From Vermamoeba vermiformis (Eukaryota), in assembly GCA_045837725.1 (NCBI GenBank), contig JBEWZL010000238.1, positions 372,001 through 436,000 of the forward strand: DNA of 64,000 nucleotides, written 5' to 3'. Of the stretch, positions 39,901-51,727 are shown in pieces; the first letter of the stretch is position 1; each line of letters opens with the position of its first letter. Below the pieces are notes generated by a model. The model saw nothing but the letters and a program-made list of their open reading frames with translations, searched no databases and was not told the origin of the DNA. Both the position numbers and the translations under genes were made by a program.

Positions 39901-42765
39901 AGGTCTACACTCAAGAGTTGTTGAATGCTAGCGATGAGATGAAACTGTTGGACGAGCAAGCTAGACGCGAGTCTGTCACCATCAAGAGAAGGTTTGTCCA
40001 GCATTAGTCTATTAGTCAAACGTATGTTAACTATGACATTAGAATCACTTCGACCTTGATGCTCTTGGCACAAAACTACATGGAGTTACTCGTCGAGGAT
40101 GACGTGCAACAATTGCGCAAGTGGGCCGAAGAAGAGCTCAAAAAGGAAATCCCTGAAGACGCTCAAAAGCTCACTGCGGCGATTAGCGGCTCCAAAGACG
40201 TAAATAATCTCAATAGTTTTATTAGCTCTTATTCTGGTGGCTCCTCGAGTGTCAGTATCTTATTACTCCCCTCATATATGCATCTGAAGCTTAACTGACA
40301 CTTCGACAGCTGTCACGTTAACTTTAATACTGTCTCATCGTACTAACGTTTTTTCTCGTGTAGGGCGTTACTTCGTCTCAAAGCAGCTCGTCGTTGACTG
40401 GTGCTCCTCGTCCTCACATCCCTATGAACATTCAAGGCACACCGACTGTCATGGACTTCCACCCTCAAGAAGTTGCACGTCAATTCAGCGTGAACCAGTT
40501 CGAATTGTTCAAGCAGATTAACATTCCCAAGCTGATTACACGCTGCTGTGATAGCGCTCCGAAGCCTTTTGAAGCCTCATTGGTCAACACTGCCGCCGTT
40601 GCTTCTCAAATCGATGCACTTGTCAAGGCTCAAGAAAACGTAAGAAGCATGGAGGTGCTGCCTATTAAGTGCTTAATTAACGATCTCGATGATAGGTTGA
40701 AAACTGGGTTATTAGCGAGATTTGCAACTCCAAGGGTCCCAAAGAAGCCGCTGCTGTTGTCACGCACTTTGTGCAAACTATTGAGTACTTGCTCGAGATC
40801 AACAACTACAACACACCTGCTGGTATTGTCAACGGTCTTTATGCCTTTGCTATGAACAACATTTGGGAGCTCGTGGAAAAGAAGTACAAGGACTCTTTTG
40901 ACAAGGCCAAGGCTCTCTTCACCGATTTGATCTCGCTCAAGGACAAGACAGCTTCATCGCCCGTGCCGTGCTTGCCATTCATCGGTGTTCTTTCACTCGA
41001 AATTAGCAAGTTGCAAGCTGCTCCTGACGTGGCTGAAGGTGGCTTGATTAACTTCGACAAGCGAAAGAAGTTGGCTAGTTTGATTGACATGATCAAGCGT
41101 CACCAAAAGGAGTCGTACAAGTTCAGCAAGGTCGCTGTGATTTGGGAGTATATCTCGACTTACCGACCTCTTGACACTCAAGCTGCCGAAGACAAGATGA
41201 CTGTCCTTGACGGCGAAGTCGCAAAGAAGAAGAAGGGCATGGGCCAGATCTTAGGTGTGTTCAAGCCCAAGGATAAGGATAAGGATAAGGAAAAGAAGGG
41301 TCCTTTGTCTGGTGCCAAGTTAGAGTAAGTCACGTGCCCGAAGTATCCACAGCGGAACAAATCTAACACGTGCTTTTTGTAGGCGTCGTAACTCGCTGAT
41401 TCAAGCTGAGTTCAAGAGCCCCAAGGCAAGACTTCAGTCCTCACCGAGTTCCAACAGCCTTGGCTCGTCACCTGTATCGGGCTCGCCGTTGACTAACTCC
41501 GGTGGCTTCCCACCTGGTGGTGTTCCTTCGCCTTTCGGTGCTCCCAATCCTAACCTCGGTCAAGGCCCGTTCTCGAATCCCGCGCCTCAATACGGTACCC
41601 CCAATAGTCCTCCTCAACAAGGCCCTCACTCTGCTGGCGGTGTGCCCAAGTTTGGCTACGGCATGCCTAAGGCTGGTTTCAACAATGTCTTGGGCGGAGG
41701 TAACCCTCCTGGCCCTGGTGGATTCAAGGGCCCTGGTATGGGTCAGCCTGGAATGGGACAACCCGGAATGGGACAACCTGGTCAACCCAAGTTCGGTGGT
41801 CCTGGCATGGGCCAACCTGGAATGGGTCAACCCGGCATGGGCCAACCTGGCCAACCCGGTCAGCCCGGTCAAGGCGGAGCAGTCAGCCCGCGTCCTAAAG
41901 GCCCTGGCTTCGGTCAAGCTTTGCCTGGTATGAGTGCACCACAACCAGGTGATCACAGCGCAGAACAACAAGGCCAAGGAGGTACGTTTTATTATTGGCG
42001 GTTGAGACGAGTACTAATTACACGTGTCACAGGTCAAGGCCAACCACCACAACCCGTTGCTGGCGGTGCTCAACCCAACCCTTACGGCCTTAAGTCACCC
42101 TTCGGTGGTCCCAAGGGTCCTGGCATGGGCATGAGCAATCCCAACTCGCCCATGCGCGTTGGTCAACCGGGACTTGTTGGACAGCCCGGTCAAGCTGGTC
42201 CTCAAGCCGTGCAACCCAAGTTTGGCCAATCACCGCCCTTGGGTCCCTCAAGCCAACCTATCTTTGGTCAACCCAACCAACAGCTTGGATCGCCTCAACA
42301 AGGTACCGGATCTGGTCACGATACACCGGATGAGCACTCTTCCGGATCTGCTCGTGGAAGTGTTAGTGACGCACATGGTCCAACTTTGTCACCTTCACCT
42401 TCTCGCGGTTCAATGTCATCAACTAATACTGGTACGTTCTAAATCAACATAACTTAAAATGTAGATCGCTAACAGATCCATATTTAGAAATGATTAATTT
42501 GAACGACGAAAACGTTCGTAATTTAATCAAGGCTTTGGCTCGTGAAGAATTGAAGAAGATGATTGCTACTGAAAAGGCTGAGCTCATGCAAAATGTGCAG
42601 AAGGAAGTTGCTGTAAGTATCGAACAGCGGTCCACATACCGTTTTAGCGACAAGTATTAATTTGTATTACTATAGGAATTATTCAAGAAAGAGTTCAGCG
42701 AGTTGAAGGAACTTCGTAAAGAAGTTGAAAAGGCACGTGAAGCATTGAAGAAGGTCAAGAAATAA
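36979..42765 (+). CDS. Ras guanine-nucleotide exchange factor with two REM+CDC25 modules, Tyr/Gln-rich N-terminus, Gly/Pro/Gln repeats and C-terminal coiled coil
   Basis: First module: TLPKLIEKL, FLLTFRGF, NFNSLMAIVSGL, PVLPYLG, VNFSKY. Second module: ATLEQLV, FLLTFKSF, NNYNT, PCLPFIG, INFDKR. Confidence 0.92.
38069..38308 (+). other. U12-type AT-AC intron in the RasGEF REM domain
   Basis: 5' ATATCCTT, branch TTCCTTAAT at 38291-38299 and terminal AC at 38307-38308. Removal gives AAA AG|G TTC GAA (LLKKRFEQEPP), in frame. Confidence 0.9.
41730..41880 (+). repeat. Coding tandem repeat (GMGQP/GQP)n
   Basis: Translation GPGMGQPGMGQPGMGQPGQP...GMGQPGMGQPGMGQPGQPGQPGQ. Confidence 0.9.
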
Positions 42766-42972
42766 TTGCGTTAATTGCAGCCTTGGATTTTTCATCGAAT
42801 ATCAGTTTTAAGTGTATTAATAATAAATTCAGTTCTCAAATTATTTTTTTGAGCCCTTTATTGTTTTATTGTAGATCACAAACAAGCATAAATCAGCTAT
42901 TGTTAGGCGTATTCCTGTTTTTCCAATTTTGATTTTGATCTGGTACGTCAATATCGTGGTTTAGTAACGAGT

Positions 42973-45808
42973 TCAAATCTTCTGAAGATTATAAGGACTG
43001 AGCAATTGCTTCTTGCCAATGCTGTTCAACACAAATATTTCCAAGTTGTTTGGTCGTTTCCACTCAACTTCACTGAGGGCTGGCTTTGAAGTGTCTTTTG
43101 AGTTTTTCATGTCAGTAGTGATTATTTGCACAGCATATTCGTGTGTCAGATAGCTGCTTTGCTCCAAACTGTACTTTCCTCCAACAACAACAAGCACAAC
43201 ATGACTAACAACTTTGTCAGCTTGAGGGTTTGTCAGCAGCTTGCAATCAAAGCATTTGTATGCCTCAGTAGCAATGTCATTGATTGTATAGTTTGCAACT
43301 CCTCCAGATTTAAACTTAAACACTATCAGGATGAGCTTCTCTTTGTTGTTTGAATCTTCAACAACAAGATAGAAGTCTCCACTGCTTGATCTGGGAGGCA
43401 GTGGTGCATAGATGCCTGGCTTCAGTAGTTGAATGAGATCATGCCAGTTGCTTGTTGTAAACTTGGGCAAGCAGCACACCTCACCTTGGGCAAAGTTTAC
43501 GTGGATATTAGGCACCTTTGAATGTTTCAGGTATGGAAATAATGTGTGGAGATCGTGCATGGGTTCTAACTTGCGGGGACCACTGCCAAGTCTGTACTGC
43601 AAACATTTTGCACCAATCATTTCTAGCCAGTCTGCAGCTGCACGGAATATATTGTTTGATTGCAGTTCATTTGTGATGTGTTCAAACAGCTCTGTGATTT
43701 TCTTTCCAATGTGCTCAGATGCAATTGCTTTTGCTACCAGTGGGGGCATTATGATGTACACTGGATCTTTTGAATTATCTATTGGTCGATCAGAGATGTC
43801 TTCGCTAGCAAGCTATCAATTTTATTAATAGGTATGCCATTTCATTTGTACAACTTACTGATTGTGGAGTCTTTGCTGTGTAGAGACCAAGCTGCCAGAT
43901 GATCTTCAAGACTGGAACATTGTTCAGATTGAACACTGATGAGGAGGCACAATCTTGTTCTGAATAGGGGATCTCTAGCATACTATCAAAGACCATTTGA
44001 ATGTACATCTTCTTAGTTTCTTCTGAGCACTCTTTGAATGAAGACAACTCACACTCTCCTCTTTCAGGGGTGTTGATGTAGTTATATAACTCTGCAAAAA
44101 GACTTGCATGATCAATGGTCTTAACAACTCCAAGCTCCTTCAAATAATCAATGGACCATGTTACAAAGCGAGGAACACCTGCTGTCACTCTGAACAGTGC
44201 ATCTGCCACTTGATCAATGTCAACTTCTAGTTTGAGTTTGTTGGCTTCAACCTGCTTCTGCAAAAGATTCTTGATGTTGGATTTGTAGAGTCGATCAAAA
44301 AAAAAGTGCTTTGTAATGCTTGGAGAGGCAAATTGAAATTGCTTTCCCAAATAGAACAAATGAGGAGATCTTCCTGAACAATAGATAAATCCAAGTTGAT
44401 GCAGAGGATGAATCAAAGTCCAGAAGTCAAGATATCTTTGAATTTTTTCTGGGTCAAGCTCAAAGCTGATCTTTTCAACCTGTATACAGTGTTAGAAACC
44501 ATTATTTAAGTTTGGAATTACTTACTGGCTTTTTGGGATTGACTCTGTCAATTTCATCAAAGTGAAATAAGAATGGCTTCCTGCCTAATTTTTCCCAGAA
44601 CCAACCAGCAATCTCTGAAACATGTGTGGTTTCTATCTCAACGTTGTTCCAATATTTCTGGGCTTCATGAAAGATGCTTTCTGGACTTTGGTACAAAAAT
44701 TGCTTTAACATGAAGCTTTTGAAGTTTGTTTTTGAGAATTCTCCTTCAATCCTGTCCAAATTGAACCCAAAATAATGTGCTGAAAGAAAGTGATCCAAAT
44801 CCTTTTGGTTGAATTTCTGCAATAATTTTTCTCTATTTTTTGCAGCTGCTTTAAGCAAATAATATCCAAACCACGTCTTGCCGGATCCCAACATTTGTGA
44901 GGCAATTGCAAGCTGAATTTTCTTATTATTAGGTACTAGTGAGTTTGCTTCTTTCCAATTTGATACGGACAATCGAATAAACTCGACTAATTCCTTCTCT
45001 CGATTTTCAAATGCGTAATCGCCTGGGGGAGTAGGTGGAACATAATTTACAACTCGAACTGTGATTGAATGAAAGCAATTAGAAATGTAACATTTCCAAA
45101 ATTGGTAATTCTTACATCGTCGGACATTAGGTCTGTCTTCAAGATCTGCTTCGTTTGCCGTTCGTTTCGCTATTCATATACGCTCGTAAAATGATAACGA
45201 AATTCGAAAAATTTAAACTCACCTCGCAGTCTAGTTATATGATCCCATAGAATTAGAGCATCGCCTGTTTTAAAGAACTCTTTAAGCTCGTCCAATGATG
45301 GCATCGCTTGGATCGCTGCACCCGAAATACCGTTTTCGATGATCTTGGCGGATTGTTCGAAAGATATACGATACTTTTTTCTTGCCCACGCGGCGACTTG
45401 CTTCTCGTGCCACGTTCTCGGTGGTAGCTCGATCTCGTCGAAACTTTCTCTATTTGCCCATGCGTCCGCTTGTTCTATTGACCAGTCGCAGATGTTCCCA
45501 TCGCCTAGCTTATTAGAGTCTTGGGTATCATCTAATAATGGTTAATTATTTGTCTTGGCAAGCGAATGTAGAAAGATCAAAATTTCGAATCTAAATTTGT
45601 GGCTCCCAATAATTTATTTTTGTGCACAAATATTTTATAATTTCGAAGCAGTTCATAAGAAAAGAAAAAAAAAAAGATTGTTTAAAGAAAAAATCGAATA
45701 CAATTTTGAACAGGCGTTCTTATTACCTGTAGCGGTCCTAATTGATTCAATATTATCCGACGCACCAAGAGAACCAATGGTATTCATTTTGAGGGAGTGG
45801 AGGAACAT
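42973..45808 (-). CDS. SAM-like N-terminal domain + P-loop NTPase + putative restriction-endonuclease-fold C-terminus (Crinkler/RHS-type effector architecture)
   Basis: SAM-like segment TWHEKQVAAWA...IIENGISGAAI...FKTGDALIL; FENREKEL; Walker A QMLGSGKT; Walker B FLFHFDE; TAGVPRF; C-terminal PRSSSGDFYLV...IVFKFKSG. Start codon (45808 or 45787) is tentative. Confidence 0.6.
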
Positions 45809-46042
45809 AAACGTGCATGGCTTGACGAGTAACGAATAGGTTGCAAAAATCACTCGATCGGCGCGAACCAATTAAGTTAGGCATAACGGGTCTTCAGGTG
45901 CCATGCAAATGACATGAATACATATTATCCCATATTTGTGTTATCCGCGGCTTTGATTGAAGCTACACAAACAATTTTCATTAATTTAGATTTTTGTTTT
46001 ACGCAACGCTGAAGCACATAAGTATAAATCGTCTAATTTAAT

Positions 46043-47308
46043 ATGGATAGACGTGTTAATAAATCCTCGCCTGGATCTTACAAAAGAGCTCAAGCAGAGT
46101 CGGCGTTGAAGATCGATCAGTTTGCTAAATCCCGAAAATACACCCCAATAAGTGCGTAAAATTTTGAAAATATTATAGCGATGGTATTAATAATTTACAT
46201 ACAGAAAAAAAGCTTATTGGAGCTCAAGAGAAAAAAGTTGTAAATTATTACCAGCAAGTTCAGCAACAAGAAAAATCCAAGCAACGAAAACAAAAGAGAC
46301 CTGTTGTAGAAAAAGAAGAAATTAGCGGCGCTGACGAGGTAAAATATTTAATTAAATGTCACAAACAAAGTTGCAATTTTTCGTTCGATCGGATTTCTCG
46401 ATCGCGATCTGGCTTGCTTTTATTCGCGATTTTGGCCGCATTAACTTATAGCGTGCTTACAATATTTCGCAGGCGTCCGTTTCAGAAAGCGAATCAAATG
46501 TGCAACAAAATGAACCCGAGATCAAGATCTGGCGCAAAGAAGATCTGCATTACGACGAAGTAGAACAAAAAGAAGCTGAATTAAAGCGACTTAAACGACA
46601 GAAATATAAAGAGGTACGTATTTTAGATAATAAGGTTGATCACAAAGTAATAACGTAAACGTCGATCGGATTTGCTGCATCTACCTAATTTTCTTTCGAT
46701 AAACCATTATTTTAATATAATGACTATAAATATATTATTAGAATAAGAAAAAGCGAGCACGTGGCAGCGATGAAGCGAGTGCTAGTCAAGACGATGACAA
46801 TCAACGCGATAAAAAACGAAGAAAGATTGATAGCGTGATTCAAGGCGTGCAAGACTTTAGCAGCGGTGATAATAAGGTCAATATTATAGGCGATCCGTTC
46901 CAAGGCGGATCTGGATCACGAGATGTGGACGATGACAGTTTTTCAGAACGCGAAGCGAATACGAATAATTCTAATAATAAGCATAATTTAAATAATACTC
47001 CTAGCCCAAAGAAATTCGCAGAAAATAATAACGGAAATAATAATCAAAATAAGAAAAAAGAGAAAAAAATTAGTATTCGTGGCGTTGACAGATCCAACCC
47101 GTATTATAAAGCTATGGTCGAATTTGAACGCAAGAGACTCGAGCAAGAAGAAAAAGAGAAGCAAATTCGCGTGGCTAAGCACGAGAAGCAGATCGCATCC
47201 AAGCAACGTAACAAAAAGAAACATCAATCCTTCCAACAAACGCAACGGGGTCAACCTTTGATGAAGAACAAAATTAATGCCTTGTTGGATAAAATAGGAC
47301 ACAAATAA
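46043..47308 (+). CDS. Charged nucleolar-type protein with Fyv7/TAP26(CCDC59)-like rRNA-processing C-terminus
   Basis: Lys/Glu-rich exons ending TQRGQPLMKNKINALLDKI, which matches the recalled family motif T.RGQP.M..(R/K)I..LL.KI. Confidence 0.7.
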
Positions 47309-47607
47309 TAAAATTTCTTTCTGTTTTGCCTGTCCAGCTGATCCTTAAATTCGTACCTGTCAATCCGGTCGACAAAGCGGCGCAAGACAACGTCATCCTA
47401 GAAGTTATGAAAACAATTAATACCTATTTATTGGCCATATGTTTGCCAAACTTACGGTGTAGTAAAGTATGACGAGGGATGACTATCGCACATCTACGTG
47501 ACAGTCTCAATGAGCGATTTCAAAATGGTTTTCCGAGTGCTAATTTTCGAGGAAAAATTGGTTTAGTTTATACGTCCAAAAGCTACAAGAGTTAACCGTT
47601 CGTTTTT

Positions 47608-49652
47608 TTACAAGTGAAGTTTTTCGATCTGCTCTTCAATCTCTTGTTCTTCTTCAACATCTTTTTCGACGGTCGTAGTATGTTGTTCGTTAATGAATTT
47701 GATGTATTGATCGTAAATCAATTTGGTTTGACGAATATTGACCGCTTGTTTCACGAACTTGCCGTCTGCAATGTACAAAATGCGATCCGCGTAACATTCA
47801 ACATCGGGGTTGTGCGATACCTAATAATAAGCAATATTAAACAATAATGATATTATTATTATAGAAATCTAAGAGTTTTGTAGCGGATCCGCATAGACTA
47901 TTTTTTTGGATCCAAATATGGATCTGCGTTGAAATTTTGCAATATTTGCTAGTTTGTTCGATAGTTGGTGAAAAATTGTTACGTACCATGATACACGTAG
48001 TCTTGTGTTTGTTATTGATGTCTAAGAGCAGATCCATCACTTCAATGGTGTTCTTTGTATCCAAATCTCCCGTCGGTTCATCGAGCAACAACAGCTCTGG
48101 TTCATTTGCCAGGGCTCGTGCAATAGTGCTGCAAATATCATATTTTGTTAATATCAATTCATTCAACAGAACAATAATAACGCATGCCAGCCATGAGCGT
48201 TTTTAATTCTTGCTTTCTTATTAATGATGATTGGTCACGATTTATCTTAATGCCAAATAAGGAAATATTTTCAGTACTTACACTCTTTGCTGTTCACCAC
48301 CAGATAATTCACTCGGCAAATGGTTCATGCGATCCTGAAGACCGACCACTAAAAAAGTCAATAAGTAACAAAACTCATATAGTGATAGTCTATATTATTA
48401 ATAATATTATTATTCTTTTACTTACGTTTCAATAAATGAGCAGCGCGCTGTTTAATTTCCTTTTCGGACATTTTGCCCAAAATAATCATCGGCAGTTCAA
48501 CATTTTCAAACGCGGACATTGTAGCCAGCAAGTTGAATGTTTGAAACACGAAACCTAGTCAATATAAACCTTCTATTAGTATCGCCACTATAAATCAAAA
48601 CTGGATCTACTTCCAGTTAAGTGCACTTCGTAAAATAGAGAAATTTTTTTTTTTTTTGCGAGCACGCCGTTTGCTTGAGCCATATATGGCAATAAAAATA
48701 TTATTTGAGTGGTTTGCGTACCAATCTTTTCCAATCGGAGCTGTGACAAGTACGCGTCGGATGAATGCACATCGACTGGTTGACCGAGAATTTCAACCGT
48801 GCCTGATGTAGCCTTGTCGATGGTACCGAGAATGTTCAATAGTGTAGTCTTGCCTCCTCCTGAAGGACCGCGTAACATGACGAATTCTCCTCTGTAAGAC
48901 AAAGATTAGTGGCCTGAAAGTAGATCGGATCCGTCCAAGAAAATTTTTTGCTTTTTATCGCTAACAGCACCGTTATATTTTTGATGTTGATATTAATAAT
49001 ATTTTACATTTTACTATTGTATTAGAATAAGTATGACAGATTATGTGTCATACTTAAAATTAGATCCTCTTTAGCAACGATCGAAAGCAAAGTATTATAG
49101 CACCCTTTCTTATAAATAAATAAATTGAGGGAAATTTGATAATTTAATACTAAGGCTGCGTAAAGAACGGAGCGGAAATGTGATCGGAAAATTACCTTCG
49201 GATGGGATAAAATTCGCTGCCTGGATAAACATGAATGTCTTCTAAGGCTGTAACGGACTCTTCTCTGCCAGATAATTCGTAGACTAATAAAATTAAAAAT
49301 AAATAACGGTAAGAAATTAATTTTAGATATTTTATCCAATTTTTCGTAAAACCTCCAAGCAGTAGTGGTAAAATTACTACGAAAGTTAATATAATATTTT
49401 ATTGGTATTTTATTATTTGGTTTTTATTTGAATAAAATGAATGATTGAAGATCGCGAAAATTAGAAAATCGGATCTCGCTTTCTTTTTGAGTGATCATTA
49501 ATATTACCTTTTTGCACGTGCTTAAGTGTGACCACTATTTCATTATCTAATTTTTTAGCTGTTGGCAAGTCTGGGAACTCCCAATCTGCTGGTATTTCAT
49601 CGTCTTCATAATGCTCGACGACGTTATTCATCTTCTTGAATCGTTTGTCCAT
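47608..49652 (-). CDS. Stand-alone ABC ATPase of the LolD/FtsE/MacB type (like Dictyostelium AbcH proteins), multi-exon
   Basis: [51 protein letters not shown]. No TM domain. Stop at 47608-47610. Confidence 0.9.
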
Positions 49653-49945
49653 ATTTTAATACAATAATAAATATATAGCTCTATATACAATAATATTACA
49701 AGGTGTGTGGTGTACGCAACGTCCACAAGTCAAAATAAAAAGTCGGTCTGAATTTACTCTTTTAGGCATTGCAGTCGAAAGTTTCATAAAGCCATACTAC
49801 AATCAGTAGAATATTATACATTTATGAATGTTAAGTGTACATGAAAGTTCGGAGTGGAACCGAATCTGATCGGTAAGTCTGATCCACATCCGTTTGTATG
49901 TTACAAATTTACAAATTACACATATTTACATAATTAAGCAAGTTA

Positions 49946-51312
49946 TTACCATACTGATAGTAATACGGTAGCTTCCGCGATCATACCAGTGATGAGCAAG
50001 TGACGCGGCGGAATGATACTTACTGCGCTTGCCACGACGAAGTAAAGAGCGCCAAACATGGAGAACATTGGATAATAGGCGCACAGTACTAAGAACCAGA
50101 ACAAGGGCTTTGAATCGCTCTTGAAGCCAGCGCTCTTGAACATGCATTGATTCAAGAACCAGACGATGAGCCACGCCATACCAACCGTGCCGCTGACCGC
50201 CAAAAGCTTTTCGAGGCCTTCAGATAGTACGAGGGCCGTGAAGCCGATGCATGCTTTAACTGGCATGAGATGCCAGATCTTCAAGCGTGCTTCGAAGAAC
50301 GAATAGACGAAGAGCATGAAGCTGATTAAGAATTGTTCTTTGTAGGTCCAAAGTCGAGCAGGTGCCCAGGCTTCGTTGAAAATATTTCCAAATGAAAATT
50401 CATCACCTGCTAAGATAAACGTTAGTTCTTGTGCGTCGCGTACTGGCGCAAAATTTGACCGTCAAATTTCAACGATAAATTTTTGGCTGTCAAAATCTTA
50501 GGATGTTGCTACTAATAGCTTAAAAATCGAAGTTTCAGTACTTACTCTGTCCGCTAGTGATGAGAGTCGCAAACAGTTGAAACAAAGGTAGATGCAGGAT
50601 CAGCAAGGCAGCAACCACCGCTTGCCTGGCGTGTTTGACGGATTTGAAGTCAATGGCGTGCAATAATGGTCCTCGATGAGCCACAAAAAATCGATCGAAC
50701 CAAGCAGGAGTAAATAGGGCATTATGAATGAACTTGATTGGCAAGAACGGATCTTGAATGAGAGATTGAGTCTTCCAAAGTTGAAACCAAGGCAGTCCAT
50801 AGGTCTTGGGCGATAGTATGTCCAATGACGACGTCATTTTAGACGAAAATTCAGTTGCGCGTGGCAAGATCAGGAAATAATGCAATTTGGAGGACAATCC
50901 ATCCATCGGATCACAGTAAGATTGCGATTGTTTTAAAAGTCCGTCTAGCCTTTGCTTCCATAATTTTTCTGCATACGAATGGCACGACTTGCTGGCTTGG
51001 GAAAAACTAAGCAGATCGTCGTTCGAAAGTAGTCTCATTATTTCGTGCACCATATCGCTTGGTAACGTTCGTTCTTTTTTGCCAAATTTTTGGATCATAT
51101 TTTGTTTTTGTTTGAAGACGGCCAGCCTGAAAACCAAAATTAGAATTAATCAGATGAGGCTAAATTTAAAATTTCAGATTTTATCAAGAAATAATATTAT
51201 TAATGCCACCAATTATTTTTCATAGTTGACTCTACCTTTTGCCAGTCTTGATCTCGAATAAAAACACGGAGAACAGGAACGCAATCCAAAGCATAATCGT
51301 AAGTCCAACCAT
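49946..51312 (-). CDS. Membrane protein with an internal F-box motif
   Basis: N-terminal hydrophobic segment, F-box LPSDMVHEIMRLLSNDDLLSFSQASKSCHS, then several TM segments in the last exons (3 exons in total). Confidence 0.7.
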
Positions 51313-51727
51313 TGTGAAGGCTGCTGATTATTTACTGGAAAATTGGCACTTCTAAAATATGGAGATAATATTAGAACCGTTTATGTAAGTAAAGTTAACT
51401 TGTGGAATAATTTCAAGCTAGTCTAGATTCGATCTAGACTCCCCTCTGAAAACTTTTCAATTGACTTACGTTGAGGGCTACCAGAAGATTCTGTTCTTAT
51501 TAACGCTTTGGTGTTAATATTTTTGATGGTAAATTTAGCACTGTTGTTGTTGACTGAATTGAGCTATTTATCGAAACGCAAACTGTACACAAGATTGAAT
51601 TTTCAATGAGATACAACAAATTAAGATTAGATCTTTAGCTGATCTTTGCATTCAAACATTTGAATGGCGATATAATAAAACATTATAATTACATTGCTGG
51701 CAAGATCTTACATTACTCGATCTGACT

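Noticed and set aside
41730-41880. CRISPR-like or mobile tandem repeat
   Set aside because: The 15-bp units vary at synonymous positions and have no spacers, so this is a coding peptide repeat.
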